Positions 1-15,664 are shown, counted from the first letter of the stretch. The stretch is 64,000 nt of DNA from Eledone cirrhosa (GCA_964016885.1 OZ024741.1:332568001-332632000), one strand, 5' to 3'. The notes: generated by a model not told the origin, from the letters alone. Program-made: numbers and translations.

Positions 1-29
1 TGTTTTTTAGCCTTCATATCATGTTCTCC

Positions 30-100
30 TGTTTTATCTGATGAAAACACAAATATTATTGCTTGATGATGTTTGTTTTTGAAATGCGCATAATAAAATA
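30..100 (+). ncRNA. Type I hammerhead ribozyme, family A
   Basis: Stem I TGTTTTAT / ATAAAATA; core CTGATGA at 38-44; long GU-rich stem II; GAAA at 81-84; palindromic stem III TGCGCA; predicted cleavage after AUA (92). Confidence 0.8.
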
Positions 101-594
101 TATGGAACTCCTTTAACCATCTTTTGATCTTATATTATGCATACTCCAGTCCCACAAACTGTAGAGTGCTTCTTATCCGATATCTGCATTGCTTTATTGT
201 ACTACAATAAAACTCACCTCCTACATATATACATATATATATATATATATATGCGTGTGTGTGTGTGTGAAGAAAATGGAACATAGCATATAAGTCAACA
301 GCATCAACAACAAAAACAGCAGCAAGAACAAGACTATGATATCCAAAGAGGAAACCAATGTGTTATCCAAGGTAATATTTAGATAGATTCTTTAAATAGG
401 AATAAATACTAAAAGACTGCAAGTGATTTTTTTATGGACGAAAACAGGCAAAACATATGAATAATATTGAACAGTAGAAATGAAATACACACACGCACAG
501 AGGCACGTATATATATTTATATATATACACACACACACATATATATGGGTACATATATATATATATATACTCACACACACTTATAAGTGGGTAC

Positions 595-628
<34 letters not shown>

Positions 629-892
629 GTATATGTGTGTGTTTAACAAAATATAAATAAAAAATATATAAAAATAAAGATAAAAAGCAAACAAAACCAA
701 CAATACCAACTGATTGTATTTTTTAAATTTACTTTATTCGCTTTATTTTTCTAAATTTCTGATTCTTATATCCATTTCCCTCAGTATTTTTTCCCATATT
801 TTTTTAGTGGTCTTCATTTTTGATGTTGTTATCATTGTTCATTAATATATATATATATATATATACACACAATATATATATTTATATACAAA

Positions 893-972
<80 letters not shown>

Positions 973-1062
973 CATACAAACACACACACACATATATATA
1001 TATATTCTAGCATGGAGCAGAGGGTGTAAAATGATGATGATGTATATATATGTATATAAATA

Positions 1063-1143
<81 letters not shown>

Positions 1144-1805
1144 AAGAGAATGTGTTTGTAGATATATATGTATAAATAAATTTTTATTGACACATGAATG
1201 CAGGAAAATTTATATTTCCATTGTCTAACTCTGTAAAAGACAAATGGTGCCTAAGTAGAAACTGCAGAAATCAACGAGAGCACAAAATAGAAAATAGATT
1301 CCATATATATATATATATATTACTTTTGTGTGTATATATATATACAAGAGTGTGTGTGTATATGTATATGTACACACACTTCTGTATATATATATAATAC
1401 ACACACAAATATCTATCACATATGTTCACACACACATATATACATATACATACTTACATATATTTACACACATATATATATATATATATGCATGTCATTC
1501 TTTTTTTAATATTCGATTTTTATGTTTTATTTATTATGCCTTACCATTCCATTTTTCATTTATTTATTTATTTGTTGTCAAGTCACAAGAAAAAAAAAAT
1601 ATGATTCTTCTTTCCTGAATAGAAATTTAATCTTTACCAAAAGCTTTTTAACAAAAAAGAAAGTATATGTATGTATATATATATATATAGCGTCTACCTC
1701 TCAACGGAATAAAAGACATTTTTTAAAATAGGAGGAGAGGAAAAAAAAATCTCACTTTTTCTTATAGCTAAGTAAAGTGAATGTGAATGTGCTTATGTGA
1801 GTGTT

Positions 1806-1893
<88 letters not shown>

Positions 1894-2517
1894 TGTGTGT
1901 ATATACATCATCATCACTGTTTATCATATACATATATATGTGTGTGTATATATGTATATATATATATATGTGTGTGTGTCATCATCATCATCATTGTTGT
2001 TTTAACGTCTACTTTCACTGCTAGCAAGAGTATATACATACACACACATATATACATATACATATATATATATATATATGTGTATATATATATGTATACA
2101 CACATATGCAAATATATGTGTATATATATATATACATGATGATTGTTGCCAACTCACTATCAAGTATGAAAACCTTTTATGCCCCTTCCTCCTCTTTAAA
2201 AATGCACTGCTTCTCCATCATGGACTCTGAAGATGATGAATACATATATGAACATGGCAAGACCATGACTCCATCTTCTAGACACCAACAACACCATTTC
2301 AACATAGGAAATGACAGCATTGGTGACTAAAATATTGTGACTACTCCCATCTATACTACATCTTCTTAGTAACAAAACAATGAATGTGGTGGTATGTCAT
2401 TGTCACAGATACACACGTGATACTGCAATTACTGCAACTGTTCCCATCTATACAACATCTTACTGATAAAGCTATTGAAATGGCGCTATATTATTGTCAC
2501 ACTACTGCCATCTATAC

Positions 2518-2889
2518 CAGTGGTTGCCATCCGGTGGTCCAAGAGAAAATTTTGGTGGTCTGCAGAAAAATTTGGACATTATTTGCAATTTCTATGTTTT
2601 ATTAATAATAAAACAAAAATAATATTCGGTTAAAATATACTTTGTAACACCCCTAAAAAATGTTTCTCCTCAGTAAAGAACTAACATGCATGAAAGAATT
2701 TTACACATATGTATCCTCTATCGACAATATGACACACGTACGCTTCAGTATTGTTTAATAAAATGGAAGTTCTCTGATCATTATTTTAGAAATGTATTTA
2801 TCTTTTTTAAAGAAGTCATATTAATGGTTCGCAGGATTTAAAATTATGAATTTAGTGGTCTGTGATGTCCAAAAGGTTGGCAACTGTCA
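2518..2889. mobile_element. hAT-type non-autonomous element (MITE)
   Basis: Decayed TIRs CAGTGGTTGCCA... / ...GGTTGGCAAC, with 8-bp TSD-like flanks ATCTATAC / ATCTATGC. Confidence 0.6.
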
Positions 2890-3108
2890 ATCTATGCTTA
2901 GTGACAAAACTATGGAAATGTTGCTATGTTATTGTCACACTACTGCCATGTATACAACATCTTCTGTGTGACAGAACTACAGATATGGTGGTATATTATT
3001 GTCACAGATATAGGTGATACTCCAGTTGCTGCAATGAAATATCTACCATCTGAATGTGGATCCTGGATCTCTGTGCTTTGGCTTACATTGAGTTAAAATA
3101 CAAAAGGA

Positions 3109-3362
3109 AATATATGAACCCAAAATGGCCCTACAGATCAGGTTATATAGAGACAATTGAAATATGAACCAAAAGTGTTCTTACACATTAGATTTTATAG
3201 TGATAAATGAAATATGAAACCCAAAATGTTCCTACGCATTAAATTTGATAGTAACAAATGAAATATGAACCCACAAAATGTCCCTACACATGAAATTTGA
3301 TAGTAACAAATGAAATATGAACCCCTAAAATGTCCCTACACATTAGATTTTAGAGTGACAAA
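3109..3362 (+). repeat. ~50 bp minisatellite, 5 copies
   Basis: Unit GAAATATGAACCCAAAATGTCCCTACACATTAGATTTTATAGTGACAAAT recurs at ~3109, 3159, 3209, 3260 and 3312. Confidence 0.85.
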
Positions 3363-3544
3363 TTCTTGTGGGAAAAAAGAGCCATGCTCGGAATGTTTGA
3401 AGATGTTAAGCTAGCAACAAATAAAAAGAAAGCCAGGTAACCAGGGACTAGAATTACTGTAGGTTTCATTTAAAAGTATCCTTCTCTCATGTGTATTTAC
3501 ATAAACATACATGTATGTAAGTGTGTGTGTATATATATATATAT

Positions 3545-5200
3545 TCTATCGGATGTATCTTATCGACCTCTACCAGCAAGCTCTCAAGGGAAATACACAT
3601 ATACTAGAATGGTTGACATTAGCACAAACAATATTGGTCCCCAAGAACAAAGTCATCCACTTGGCAAAAAACTACTGACCCATTGTATGCCAGAACCTGA
3701 TGTATAAGATGTATACAACCTGCCTAAACCTATTTCTCCAAGATCCCTGCAACATTAATGACATCATCACAGATGAACAAGCAGTTGGAAAGAAAGGTAT
3801 TTGGGTGTCTGCTGAACAACTCCTAATCAACAAAACTTCAATGTCGGAGGTGTGACAAATTAGGAGTAATATGGCTACAGTCTGGCTGGACTACAGGAAA
3901 GCATTTGATTCTGTTCCCCATTCTTGGATGATAGAGGCCATCCAACTTGCTAAGGTCCCAGACATTATTATTAGAGCCATAGAGAAGCTGTCTTCTTCTT
4001 GGGCTACTATCCTAAAGTTAAAAATAGAGAAGGAGGACTCTATTTTCACTGATGAAATAGAATACCATAGGGGTATATTTTAAGGAGACAGTCTCTCTGT
4101 GCTATTATTTATCCTGTCATTAAACCCCTTGCCCTTTCTTCTCAAGAAATATAAAGGATACATCATTGGCTCACAGGAGGACATAAATACAAACTTAACT
4201 GATAGTTTCTTTGTGGATGACCTGAAACTGTATGCCAAGAACATAAATAGGATAAAGAAAAATCTTGACCTATTTACAACATTCTCAAAAGATACAGGAA
4301 TGGAGTTTGGCCAAGATAAATGTTCATATATGACTGTAAAGCAGGGAAAAACTACAACCCAATCTAGCAACATTTTTATCAAAAGCCTAACTGTCGCACT
4401 GATATCTGACAAGGACTACAGATACCTGAGGATAGATGAGAATATATCCTATAATGGTATTTGTAATAAGGAACGCGTAACCATGGAATATTACACCCGA
4501 TTAAGAAAAATATTGTCATCAAAACTCTCTGCACACAATAAAACTGGCTCACAATGTGTTTCCTAACACCAAGAGTGGAATGTTCTCGTCAAATGTTCTG
4601 GTGGAATGTTCTAGTCAAAACCCCAATAAAATGCAAGCATAACAGATCAGATATAAAGATATGGGACTGGGAAAAGAAGGCATGAACAGTAGTGGAAGTT
4701 AGCTGCCCAGCAGATGCCAATATAATATTAAAGATTAGCGAAAAGAAGAATATCTACGCAGAACTAATGAGAAATCTGCAGATACTCGATTCTCACTATA
4801 CCTTCAGATTTATACCTGCGATTGTTGGGGCACTGGAATATGTTAGCAACTGACTCAGTACAAATCCTCAGAAGCTGGGCTTCGCAGAAACAGTAAAATA
4901 AGATTAGTTAGGATATTACGAGTACAATCCATAAATGGAACAGTAAAAATATGTAAGACATTAAAAAAACTGCATCTAATAACTGCATATACACCTGTAC
5001 AGATACAAAGCATATGCACATGCACACAAATAACTCAGAACATACACATCCACACATACAATAACATCCATATCTGAACACGCATGCATGCATACAGACA
5101 TGCATTCATATCTACTTAGTTGATATGAGAGTCTTGTATCTATGTTAGAAACTGGCTCTCTCTCTATTGGTAAAAATTTATAAAATTATAAAACCAGAAC
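3545..5200 (+). mobile_element. Degenerate R4/Dong-like (RLE-clade) non-LTR retrotransposon, internally deleted
   Basis: RT remnants (WLDYRKAFDSVPHSW, RGIF*GDSLS, FFVDDLKLY) with stops and frameshifts. They are followed by a restriction-like endonuclease remnant (HNRSDIKIWDW...VVEVSCPADAN...EKKNIY...FIPAIVGAL). Confidence 0.85.
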
Positions 5201-5271
5201 ATACATACACACACATATATACATGTATATATATATATGTGCACACACATATGTTTTTTTATTATTATTTG

Positions 5272-5455
5272 GTGGATTGGTAGTATCGGTAGAGGGTCGG
5301 ACGCCATGCTTTCCAGCATAGTTACGTCCCTTTACGATCTGAGTTCAAATCCCGCCGAGGTTGACTTTGCTTTCATCCTTACGGGGTCGATAAAATAAAG
5401 TACCAGTAATGCACTGGGTAATTGCTGGCCTTGTGCCTAAAGTAGAAACAATTAT
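5272..5455 (+). mobile_element. tRNA-derived SINE family 1 (representative copy)
   Basis: TGGTAGTATCGGTAGAG...CTGAGTTCAAATCCCGCCGAGGTTGACTTTGC-TTTCATCC...GGGGTCGATAAAATAAAGTACCAG. Related copies at ~20530-20690, 33575-33700, 41285-41480, 46820-47010, 56750-57110, 57595-58100 and 58230-58450. Confidence 0.8.
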
Positions 5456-6607
5456 TTGCTAGTCTTGAAAGCAGTGTTTGTGCCCAATGGCGTTCGCAGG
5501 TAGTGCAAGATAGATGAGGTTGAAGCTGTTGATATTCAGTTTAAATTGTGACAAGTTAACTACTGCTTGAAAACATGTTTAGCGGAAAAAATGCCAGAAG
5601 TATGACATTCTGGTGAGGAAGGACTTGACATAATGGTTTGTGCTGGGCTCAGCAATATGGTTCCAAGGGTCAGCTGAAAAGTTTTTCATAGGAGTGATGC
5701 TAGTGCTGTGAAATCTTGCATGCATTAATTTCAACTTTTCTTATTATGACTGCATTTTTTCTTTCCAGTGACTATGTTGAAAAAGAAACCTCATATGGTC
5801 ATTCCATGAGAATATCTTGGTCAGGCTTTGAACATTTTAGCTGATCCTTGTACAATATGGTTGATGAGAGGAGGAGAGATGAGTGCGGCAGGTGTACCTA
5901 AATGAAGGTGAAATGAAGTCAGTCAGCTCCAAGAAGCAGTTGCCACTGCCATGGCAGCAGAAATATTGACCAGAGTTTGGGATGTGTCTCTCAGTGGTGT
6001 TATACCAATCAGATTAGCAGCTATCTTCTAGATGTGATCTAGAAAGGATTTATAAATGTTTCGAAGCAGCACAATCCCAAATGCTGCAGCTATACTCCAT
6101 TGTTATTTTTACCTAAACATTGTAGAAGGCCAAAATTATTGAGGGCTGATGTATTTTCTAGGTCAGAAGATAAGGGCCTGTCTGTTAGATGCAAGTTTTG
6201 AGTACATGTAGGATATGTTTTTGCCATGTGAGACCTATGATTTAGAGTGAATACGAGGCTCTTCTAATTGTATGCTGTTTATGCTTAAGGGTGAAGAGCA
6301 GTGATGTTATAGTTCCATACTCATACAATCAACAAAGCAAATGAAAAATAACAATAAAAATGAATTAGATCTTTCATTGATCTTTAAATATACCCATGTT
6401 TTCTTACTTTTATATTTTACCTATATACATATCTGGCCTTCTGTTGTCGCTTAATAAATACATTACTCCATTCCTACACCAACCACTGGATACCACATCT
6501 ATGATGGATGGCTTGCATGATGTTGAGTGCTTTGATTGATTTGTTACATCATAGTTTACCAACCAGAACCACCAGTTCTACCCTTTGGTAATCAAACTAA
6601 AATGGTA

Positions 6608-6671
<64 letters not shown>

Positions 6672-7705
6672 TATATGCACTGTACATATTTAAGTGAGAT
6701 ACAAACCCTTCAGCCTGTCTGGGAGGACAGTAGCCCTGCTTCTATACTGATTTGCTCAGTGGAAACCCTTGTTAACAGGGAAAGCGGACGTTAAACAATA
6801 ATGATGATGATGATGATATATGTGTGTGTGTGTGAATATACATATTCACATACAAAAGCAAACACACACCCACCCAAAATCATAGATGTAGGATGATATA
6901 TATATAGCACATAGATATATTGATGTATATAACACAGATATATCTAGGTGTATATAATACATCAATAAACATCTATGTGTACATAACACATAGATACACC
7001 TATGTGTATATAACACAGACATATCTATGTGTGTATAACACAGATACATTTATGTGTATATACACATAGATATATATCTATGGGTTACATACACATTCTA
7101 TGTCTATGAGTATATATACACATAGCCCACATCTATGTGTATATATACACGCATAGATATATTGATGTGTATATAACATAGATATATTAATAAGTATATA
7201 ACATATATATATATTGATGTGTATATAACATAGATATATTAATAAGTATATAACATAGATATATTGATGTCTATAGAGTAATATGTATATAATCATGAAA
7301 TAATTTATTTGTGAGTAGGTTATAGGCAAATGTTGTTTGGAGGTTGGTTTCTTTGTATATACATCCACATGGGAGTTGTAAAACATTAAACATATTTCAA
7401 AGTACACCTTATTTTATATAAATATAAACATGCACTTTGTTGTACATGTTTATCTATAAACAAGCCCCCTGTACATATATACGCACACACACACACACAC
7501 ATATATGTATATAAATGTACCCACACACACACGCACACACATATATATATATGTATATATATATGTATATATATATGTGCATACACGCACATATATAAAT
7601 ATATATAAATGTGCAAGAACACACGTACACATACATATATAAATGAACATGCACGCACACACACACACACACATATATATATATGTTTACAAATCCACAC
7701 ACGCA

Positions 7706-8048
7706 CATCATCATCATCATCATCATTTTACATCCGCTTTTCCCTGCTTGCAAGGGTGGGACGGTAACTGATTCTGGTTTGATTTCTACAGCTGGATGCC
7801 CTTCCTAACACCAACCTCATTTACAGTGAGTGCTGGGTGCTTTTTTGCCGTGGCACCTCCATGGCCACTTTGCAGTGGAATGATAGTGACCCCTGCCCCT
7901 ACCATCTCATTTCTACAGCTCAGTAAACTGGAGCAATGTGAAATAAAGTGTCTTGCTCAAGGAAACAACACATCACCCGGTCTGAGAATTAAACTCACAA
8001 CCTTTCGATTGCAAGGCCAATGCTCTAACCACTAATCCATGTGCCTCC
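7706..8048 (-). mobile_element. tRNA-head SINE family 2 with RTE-like 3' tail
   Basis: A/B boxes (TGGATTAGTGG; GAGTTTAATTC) and a central GAGCAAGACACTTTATTTCACATTGCTCCAG core. The tail GGTTGGTGTTAGGAAGGGCATCCAGC...(GAT)n is shared with the RTE LINE 3' UTR. Confidence 0.8.
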
Positions 8049-8547
8049 ATATATATATATATTATAAATGCATTCAGACACAAACATATATATAAATGTA
8101 CACACACACAGATATTTATATGAATGCACATGCACACACACACACATATATATTTTTCACTCTGTGTTTATTCAGTGTGTTAATGTGTATATGTATGTGA
8201 CTCAAATATATATATGCAGACACACACAGATACACACACACAAACACAGACACACACACACACGCACACAGACACAAACATAGAGACACACACATGCTCA
8301 CAAGACCTAATACCAGAATAATCAGAAGTGTATTTTCTCACTTTCGTGAAACTTTAAGCAGTGCAGTGGTGAGTCAAACTTTTCATACAGAGATGTGTGT
8401 ATATCTTTGCATATATAAATGTATATAAGTACATATGTATGTATATAGGTACAAACACACACACATGTGTGTATATATATATGTTTATATATATGTATAT
8501 ATATATGTATATATGTGCATATAGATATATATATGTTTATATATATG

Positions 8548-8593
<46 letters not shown>

Positions 8594-8796
8594 TGTGTGT
8601 GTGTGTATGCATACATATGTGTGTGTATACAAAATGTATTGCTCAGTGTCTCTAGAAAAGCTGTTGTCACATGTGTGCTTGGAAGAAATACATGCATTTG
8701 TTTTTTGCAGATATCACACATTCACCAACACATATACGCACATATATATATATGTATATATGTGTATATATATGTGTATATATGTATATGTGTATG

Positions 8797-8848
<52 letters not shown>

Positions 8849-8876
8849 ATGTATATATACATATATATATATATAC

Positions 8877-8949
<73 letters not shown>

Positions 8950-8951
8950 TA

Positions 8952-9022
<71 letters not shown>

Positions 9023-9222
9023 ATGTATATATATACACACACATACGTTTGTGAGTGTATATACACTTGCTTGTTTCAACTGTTCAACCAGGGATAAAGT
9101 GTCAAGCCCGACTGCACACATATAACCCCTTCGCACACACATTCACACTTCATTCACCAATACACACACACACACTATCTGACATATACACCCTCATACA
9201 AACTAAATTTATACATACATAC

Positions 9223-9269
<47 letters not shown>

Positions 9270-9284
9270 CATATATATATATAC

Positions 9285-9539
<255 letters not shown>

Positions 9540-9631
9540 ACATGTACCAGAATGCAGCTTTGAAACTAGACATATTCACAACTGTATCTACACATATAAC
9601 ATATAGAAAATGAAACACATTTTCAAACTTA

Positions 9632-9681
<50 letters not shown>

Positions 9682-9699
9682 TAAGTTTGAAAATATATC

Positions 9700-9734
<35 letters not shown>

Positions 9735-9752
9735 ATGTATGTAGATAAGTAT

Positions 9753-9800
<48 letters not shown>

Positions 9801-9931
9801 TTATCTACACACATACACACACACATATATATATGTGTATATATATATATATATATAGGCATCAATATGCTCATGGTACCTGTCTAATAATATAAAAGGA
9901 TGTGTGCTTTTTCTATAGATAGGAAGGGAGT

Positions 9932-9981
<50 letters not shown>

Positions 9982-10374
9982 GATTGTTTGATAGGTTTTT
10001 ATGTGAAGTATATAGCTTGATATTTTGTGTAAATCACCCCACAGATAAGGTTACATTAGCAGTGCACATGTATGTGAACTCTGTGAGGCTATTATTGTTG
10101 TTGTTGTTGTTATTGTTTTAGTTGTGTATGTGGTTCATTCACTCTTGTATTGGACTGGCTTCTTCTGTAGGAATATCCCTGCTAAAATAGGGAGAGAGAG
10201 AGTGATAGAGAAATAGTGAACGAGAGTGGGAAATTAAGAGAGTGATAGAGAGGTAGAGAAAGAGAGAGCTAGATGGGGAATTGTGAGAGTGAGAGAGACA
10301 GAGAAGGTGCGAGAGATATAGAAAAATAAAGAAATGGACGTTGAGAGATAGATAGATAGTGGAATTATAAGTAA

Positions 10375-10414
<40 letters not shown>

Positions 10415-10811
10415 TAGAACTTCCTGACAGAAGAAGAGAGACAAGGATTAAGACCGAGAAGGTGTGAGAGAAATTGAGAAAGAAAGAGAGTAAGACAGAA
10501 AAATAGAGAAATAGAGGGTGTGTGAGAGAGAATGGAAGAGAGAGTGTGAATGTAAGATTGGGAAAGGAAGGGATAAAGGGAGAGTGAGGAAGAGAGAAAA
10601 ATCGAGAAGAAGAGTGAGGGAGGGAGAAAGAGAGAGAACGTCACTAAGAATGTGAATGTACTAAAATGAAAGTAAAGACAAAAAGATAGACTGATAGATA
10701 AAGAGAGAGAGAAGGAGTGAAATAGAAGAGAGAGAAAGAGATAGGGAGTGAAATAGAAGAGAGAGTGAAATGGAAGTGAGAGAATGAGAAATGAAAAGAT
10801 ATACAGAGAGA

Positions 10812-11035
10812 GAGAGGGAGTGTAATGGAACCGAGATAGAGAGAGAGTGTAATGGAACCGAGATAGAGAGAGAGTGTAATGGAACCGAGATAGAGAGAGA
10901 GTGTAATGGAACCGAGATAGAGAGGGAGTGTAATGGAACCGAGATAGAGAGGGAGTGTAATGGAACCGAGATAGAGAGGGAGTGTAATGGAACCGAGATA
11001 GAGAGGGAGTGTAATGGAACCGAGATAGAGAGGGA
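10812..11035 (+). repeat. 27 bp minisatellite, 8 copies
   Basis: Unit GAGTGTAATGGAACCGAGATAGAGAG(A/G). Confidence 0.95.
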
Positions 11036-11644
11036 GGTGCTAAGAAAGAAAGTGAAAGTAGAAATACAACCAGGAGAAATAGATAGTGAGAGAGAGAAAG
11101 AGGGGGGTGACAGAGTAACACAGAGACAGAAAGAAACAGAGAGAGGGGGGAGTGAAAGCTGGGCAGAGTGGCGGCGGTAGTGGCGGAAGGGAGAAGAAGA
11201 AGGTGTAAGTATAACAGAGTTCTGTTGCAATAAGAAAGTGAACACCACCACCACCACCAGCAGCATGAGCTGTGCTGTTTGCTTATGCTGATGCTGTTGC
11301 TGCTGTTTTTGTTATGTGATGGCAGTGGCGGTGGTGGTGGTGTTTAGACAGGGTTGCTGATGGTGGTGGTGGTGGTGGCAGTCGTGGCGGTGGTGTCGGT
11401 GACTGCTGTAATGACAGCGATGGTGGCGGCAGTTTGTGGTGGTGGTGGTGGTGGTGGGCGATGGTGACTGCTGTAATGGCAGGCAGAGGTGGTGAGGGTG
11501 GTAAAGGAGGTGGTGGTGGTGGGGGGGAGATAAAGGGTTTCTGATGATGGTGGCGGTAACTGGTGTGATGGCAGAGACAGGGCTGGTGGTGGTGACGAGA
11601 AGAAGGCTTTCCGATCCATTCCAGTGTTAAAGCACATTAAACCA

Positions 11645-11977
11645 GTCAGTGGGGTCTTGTCAAGGATCAGTTGAAGAAGAAGAAGCTAAACTAGAAGAGT
11701 CCGTTCTTGTTGTTGCTGTTTTTGGTGGTGGTAGTCGTGGTGTTATTGTTGGTGGTGGTGTTGTTGTTGTTGTGTGAAATATACTCTCGAGTGGAAGAAG
11801 AGGAGGAGAAGAGGTAAAAAGTTCACACCTACTTCAACCTCTTCTTTGCTGTCTTCTCTTTCTTCTTCTTCTTCTTGCAAATTGAAACTCACTAATGTAG
11901 AATTGTTCTTTTTCTTTGCTGTCCTCTCTCTCTATCTCACCCTCTCATATAAACTGTCCCTCTCCCTCATACACACA

Positions 11978-12040
<63 letters not shown>

Positions 12041-12274
12041 ATACATACTGCCTTTTTCTGTTTCATACATCCTCTCTCTCTCTCATGCTTTCACACACAA
12101 ACACACACTGCTACACACATATATCAACAACAACATTGACGGCAGATATATTTCCATTGCCAGTTCACAGAGAACGTGAGGCAGTTTCCCAAAAGTCTGT
12201 TTACCTTTCTTTCTAACTAAATGAAATAACAAACAAACACAAAAATATATATACAACTACTGCTACTGGATTAT

Positions 12275-12326
<52 letters not shown>

Positions 12327-12329
12327 CTA

Positions 12330-12379
<50 letters not shown>

Positions 12380-12391
12380 AAAAAATTACAG
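11645..12391 (+). promoter_or_regulatory. Candidate promoter and non-coding first exon (possibly of the protocadherin)
   Basis: Transposon-free stretch following GA- and GGT-rich simple sequence. Initiator-like TCAGT motifs at ~11646 and ~11667, and a consensus donor CAG|GTAAGC at 12391/12392. The link to the protocadherin is inference only. Confidence 0.3.
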
Positions 12392-13756
12392 GTAAGCACA
12401 ATACATATTATTCTTATTCTTGTTTTGTTTATGTTCTGTACCTGCACCAACAATGTCACTTCCCCCACCCTCTCAAGAATTGAATATTAATCCTTTTAAT
12501 TTCAAACCCCCCACATACCTACGCAAAAATTACATCTAGTTCTACAATACAAGATTGTTTATTTTAACTTGTGTTTATAACTTATCTAAAAAAAAACGTC
12601 AGTCACAATTTTATATAAGAACCTTTGTTAAGTTATTCTCCAAACACCAGCTTAATTACTAACAAGAAAGTTTTTTATATTATTAAAATCAATCCAAATT
12701 CTTGATTTTTTCAAAATTATTTCAAAGTCACAGGCAGTATCTTTCAGTGGAAAAATGGTAATAAAAGGGTTAAAATGAAAGACAACTCTTTCAAATAATT
12801 ATCTTAACTAATTGCAAGTTTTTTTTTTTTTTTTTTTTTCGTCACAGAAGACAATAATAATTTTTCAAAACTTCATAGAACTTATAGCTATATTTTACAG
12901 ATAATATGCTTCCACCCTAATTTTAATGAAACATTAAAACTGCAGCTCCCAACCTGTGGTCCATGCAAGACTGATGCTGAGATATTCAGTACCCTAGGCT
13001 AGCTCTACAATGTGTACCTGGGTATTTAGTACCCTAGGTTAGCTCTAAAATGTGTGCCCCATTCTCCCAAATAAAATAATTTCAATTTATAATTTGGCAA
13101 GCTGGTGAACTTAGTTTTGACACCTCTTGTTCTGACTTCACTGAAAAAAAAAATGACTAAGCCTGCATTTTCTTCTACACAGTCCACACTCATTCATGCC
13201 ACCAAAGCTTTTCACAGTTTGTGTTTTGTGATTTATTTATTGATTACAGGAAATTATTATACATTTAAGTTTGTTACAGAAATTTATATAAAAACTGTGA
13301 CCTATTAGAGGAACAAAGTCCAGTAATGCACCTATCTGAAGTGTGCTCACTAAGTAACAGCCTGACAGTAGCATCCCCCTGGGTCCACAGACCTCTATGA
13401 GTTCACAAATGTAGTACTAGTAGGGTTATCCCTGTTTTCTTTGAGTAGACAGACCTTGAGTGACAGAAATGCCTGAGATCTGAAGAAATCTTCATTTAAA
13501 TAAATGGGATCCTTGGTAGGAGAAACGTTGTGGCCCCTGGATTATATGAAACAAGTTGACAATGAGAATTCATAATATATATATATATCATCATCATCAT
13601 CATCATCTATTTTCCATGTTTGTTATACACACACATGCACACACCTATATATATATGCAAGCATGGAAAAGCAGACTTAAAACAATGATAATGATGATGA
13701 TGATATATAAAATGAATAAAGATAACCAGGATTAAATTATATTAAATTATTTAATT

Positions 13757-13823
13757 GATTTACAAACATTTCCATCGATACAGTAAGAAAATGTATTTTC
13801 TCTATATTGATTTCTCCAGAATC
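13757..13823 (-). ncRNA. Degenerate hammerhead ribozyme, family C
   Basis: Minus strand GATT-CTGGAGA-(stem II)-GAAA-TGTTTG-TA-AATC. Core is mutated (CUGGAGA). Homologous to the copy at 19461-19535. Confidence 0.5.
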
Positions 13824-14037
13824 TAATAAACAACATAAATAAGATACTTATTTATCAACCACATGTCTGAACATTGCCATTGAAAAAACATAAATGAAAT
13901 TTTAATAAAAAGTGACCATATTATATACATATATGATGACAAAGGAGAGATGGTGTGCTGAAGAGGACCTGTCCCACCCTTGCAAGCAGGGAAAAGTGGA
14001 CGTAAAATGTTGATGATGATGATATATATATATGTGA

Positions 14038-14095
<58 letters not shown>

Positions 14096-14849
14096 TGTGA
14101 CTGACTTTTTATTTAAATTTATTGAAAGGAAACCTGAACCTCTATCTTGGGAAACACTGTTGTTATGACAAACATAATGGTGAAGTGTAGTCACTATAGC
14201 ATTCTTAGTTATGGTGGCCTCTTTGGGGCAAACTTCGGATTTTTTTAACCACTGGCACCACACACCACCATCATAGTAAAAAGAAAAACAAAAAAAACAA
14301 AAAAACACAATACACTGTCATCAAGTGTGAAACATACAGAAATGTATGTACTTGGGTATATTACCACCCTAGGCTTAACCTACAATGAGTGCCTCTCTGT
14401 TCTACAAAATAATATTTACTCAGCAAAACTGTTTAATGTATATTTATTAATCACTGAAAAATATTTTTATAATCTATTCAATTATTAAAACTGCCCTAGT
14501 AAGTTTTGTGCTTTAGCCAGCTGCCTAGTTTGTCTAAAGATAATGTGGGGCCCTGACTACACCCATCGTCCCTGTTAGCTGCAAAACTCTATAGTGAGTC
14601 CCATAAACATACTTTTCAATCTTTTGATTTCTCATCTTTTTATTTTGTTGTTGATTAGGTTTTTTACTTTTAAATATACAATTCTCCCCCCCCCCCCTCT
14701 ATATATATATATATAAGTCATAGAGAACATGTATATATTTAAAAATAGTCACAGATACATATATGACTGTTGGCTACCTTCAATGGTGTGGCTTGATGAA
14801 TGAATAAATTTAAACTGGGTCAATTTTATCTAACTGTTCTTCAAACTTA

Positions 14850-15092
14850 TAATTTTAATATATATATATATATAAAATTTTAATATATATATATATATAA
14901 AATTTTAATATATATATATATATAAAATTTTAATATATATATATATATAAAATTTTAATATATATATATAAAATTTTAATATATATATATATATAAAATT
15001 TTAATATATATATATATATAAAATTTTAATATATATATATATATAAAATTTTAATATATATATATAAAATTTTAATATATATATATATAAAA
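14850..15092. repeat. AT-only minisatellite AAAATTTTAA(TA)n, ~10 copies
   Basis: Direct reading of the repeated unit. Confidence 0.9.
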
Positions 15093-15664
15093 TATGATGA
15101 GGTTTTGTTCACATGGTTTTATTGATTCTCTCCCTGTAAACAAAACTTTGTTTTTTTTAAAAAATATATACACTCTGCCTGAGCATCAAGTGCTCACATT
15201 GGTATCACCACCAGTAGTTCACTGAATCACCTGAATATATATATATTTGTTTGTTGTGCGTGTGTGTTGAACACAAGTCATAGATAGGTAGTTAAATACT
15301 TCATTGTTTTACGATCGTTTCAGAGGGTTGATTGATTGTGGTTGATCGATATATTGACTAGCAGGTAATGGTTATGTTGCTACCTGTTTCTTGTCTCAAA
15401 ATACCTGATCAAGCTGACTGTCTTCTTCATATAGATATATCTATATGTCTATCTCTTTCTGTTACACTAACTTTCTCACACCTGTTTATTTATTTCTCTC
15501 TATTTTGCTCTCTCTATATATATATCATGGTCGCACTGTTTATTCCCCCTCTCTTCCTCTCGCCCTCACACACACAGATCATACCTGGTTCCCAACCTAG
15601 TACTGATTTATATTAAATTTAAAACATTTCAACTATTTTGCTAAAATCATAATATTCACACACA

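Noticed and set aside
5460-6300. Non-repetitive-looking stretch as a possible host exon
   Set aside because: No sustained ORF or recognisable motif; probably a decayed retroelement.
7796-8035. Recurrent 79-aa ORF MPFLTPTSFTVSAG... (also 37054, 37909, 54189)
   Set aside because: Antisense reading of SINE family 2, not a gene family.
10791-11180. ERECNGTEI repeat 'protein' or CRISPR-like array
   Set aside because: Plain 27-bp tandem repeat with no unique spacers, in a eukaryotic context. The same applies to 23450-23908 and 59640-60040.
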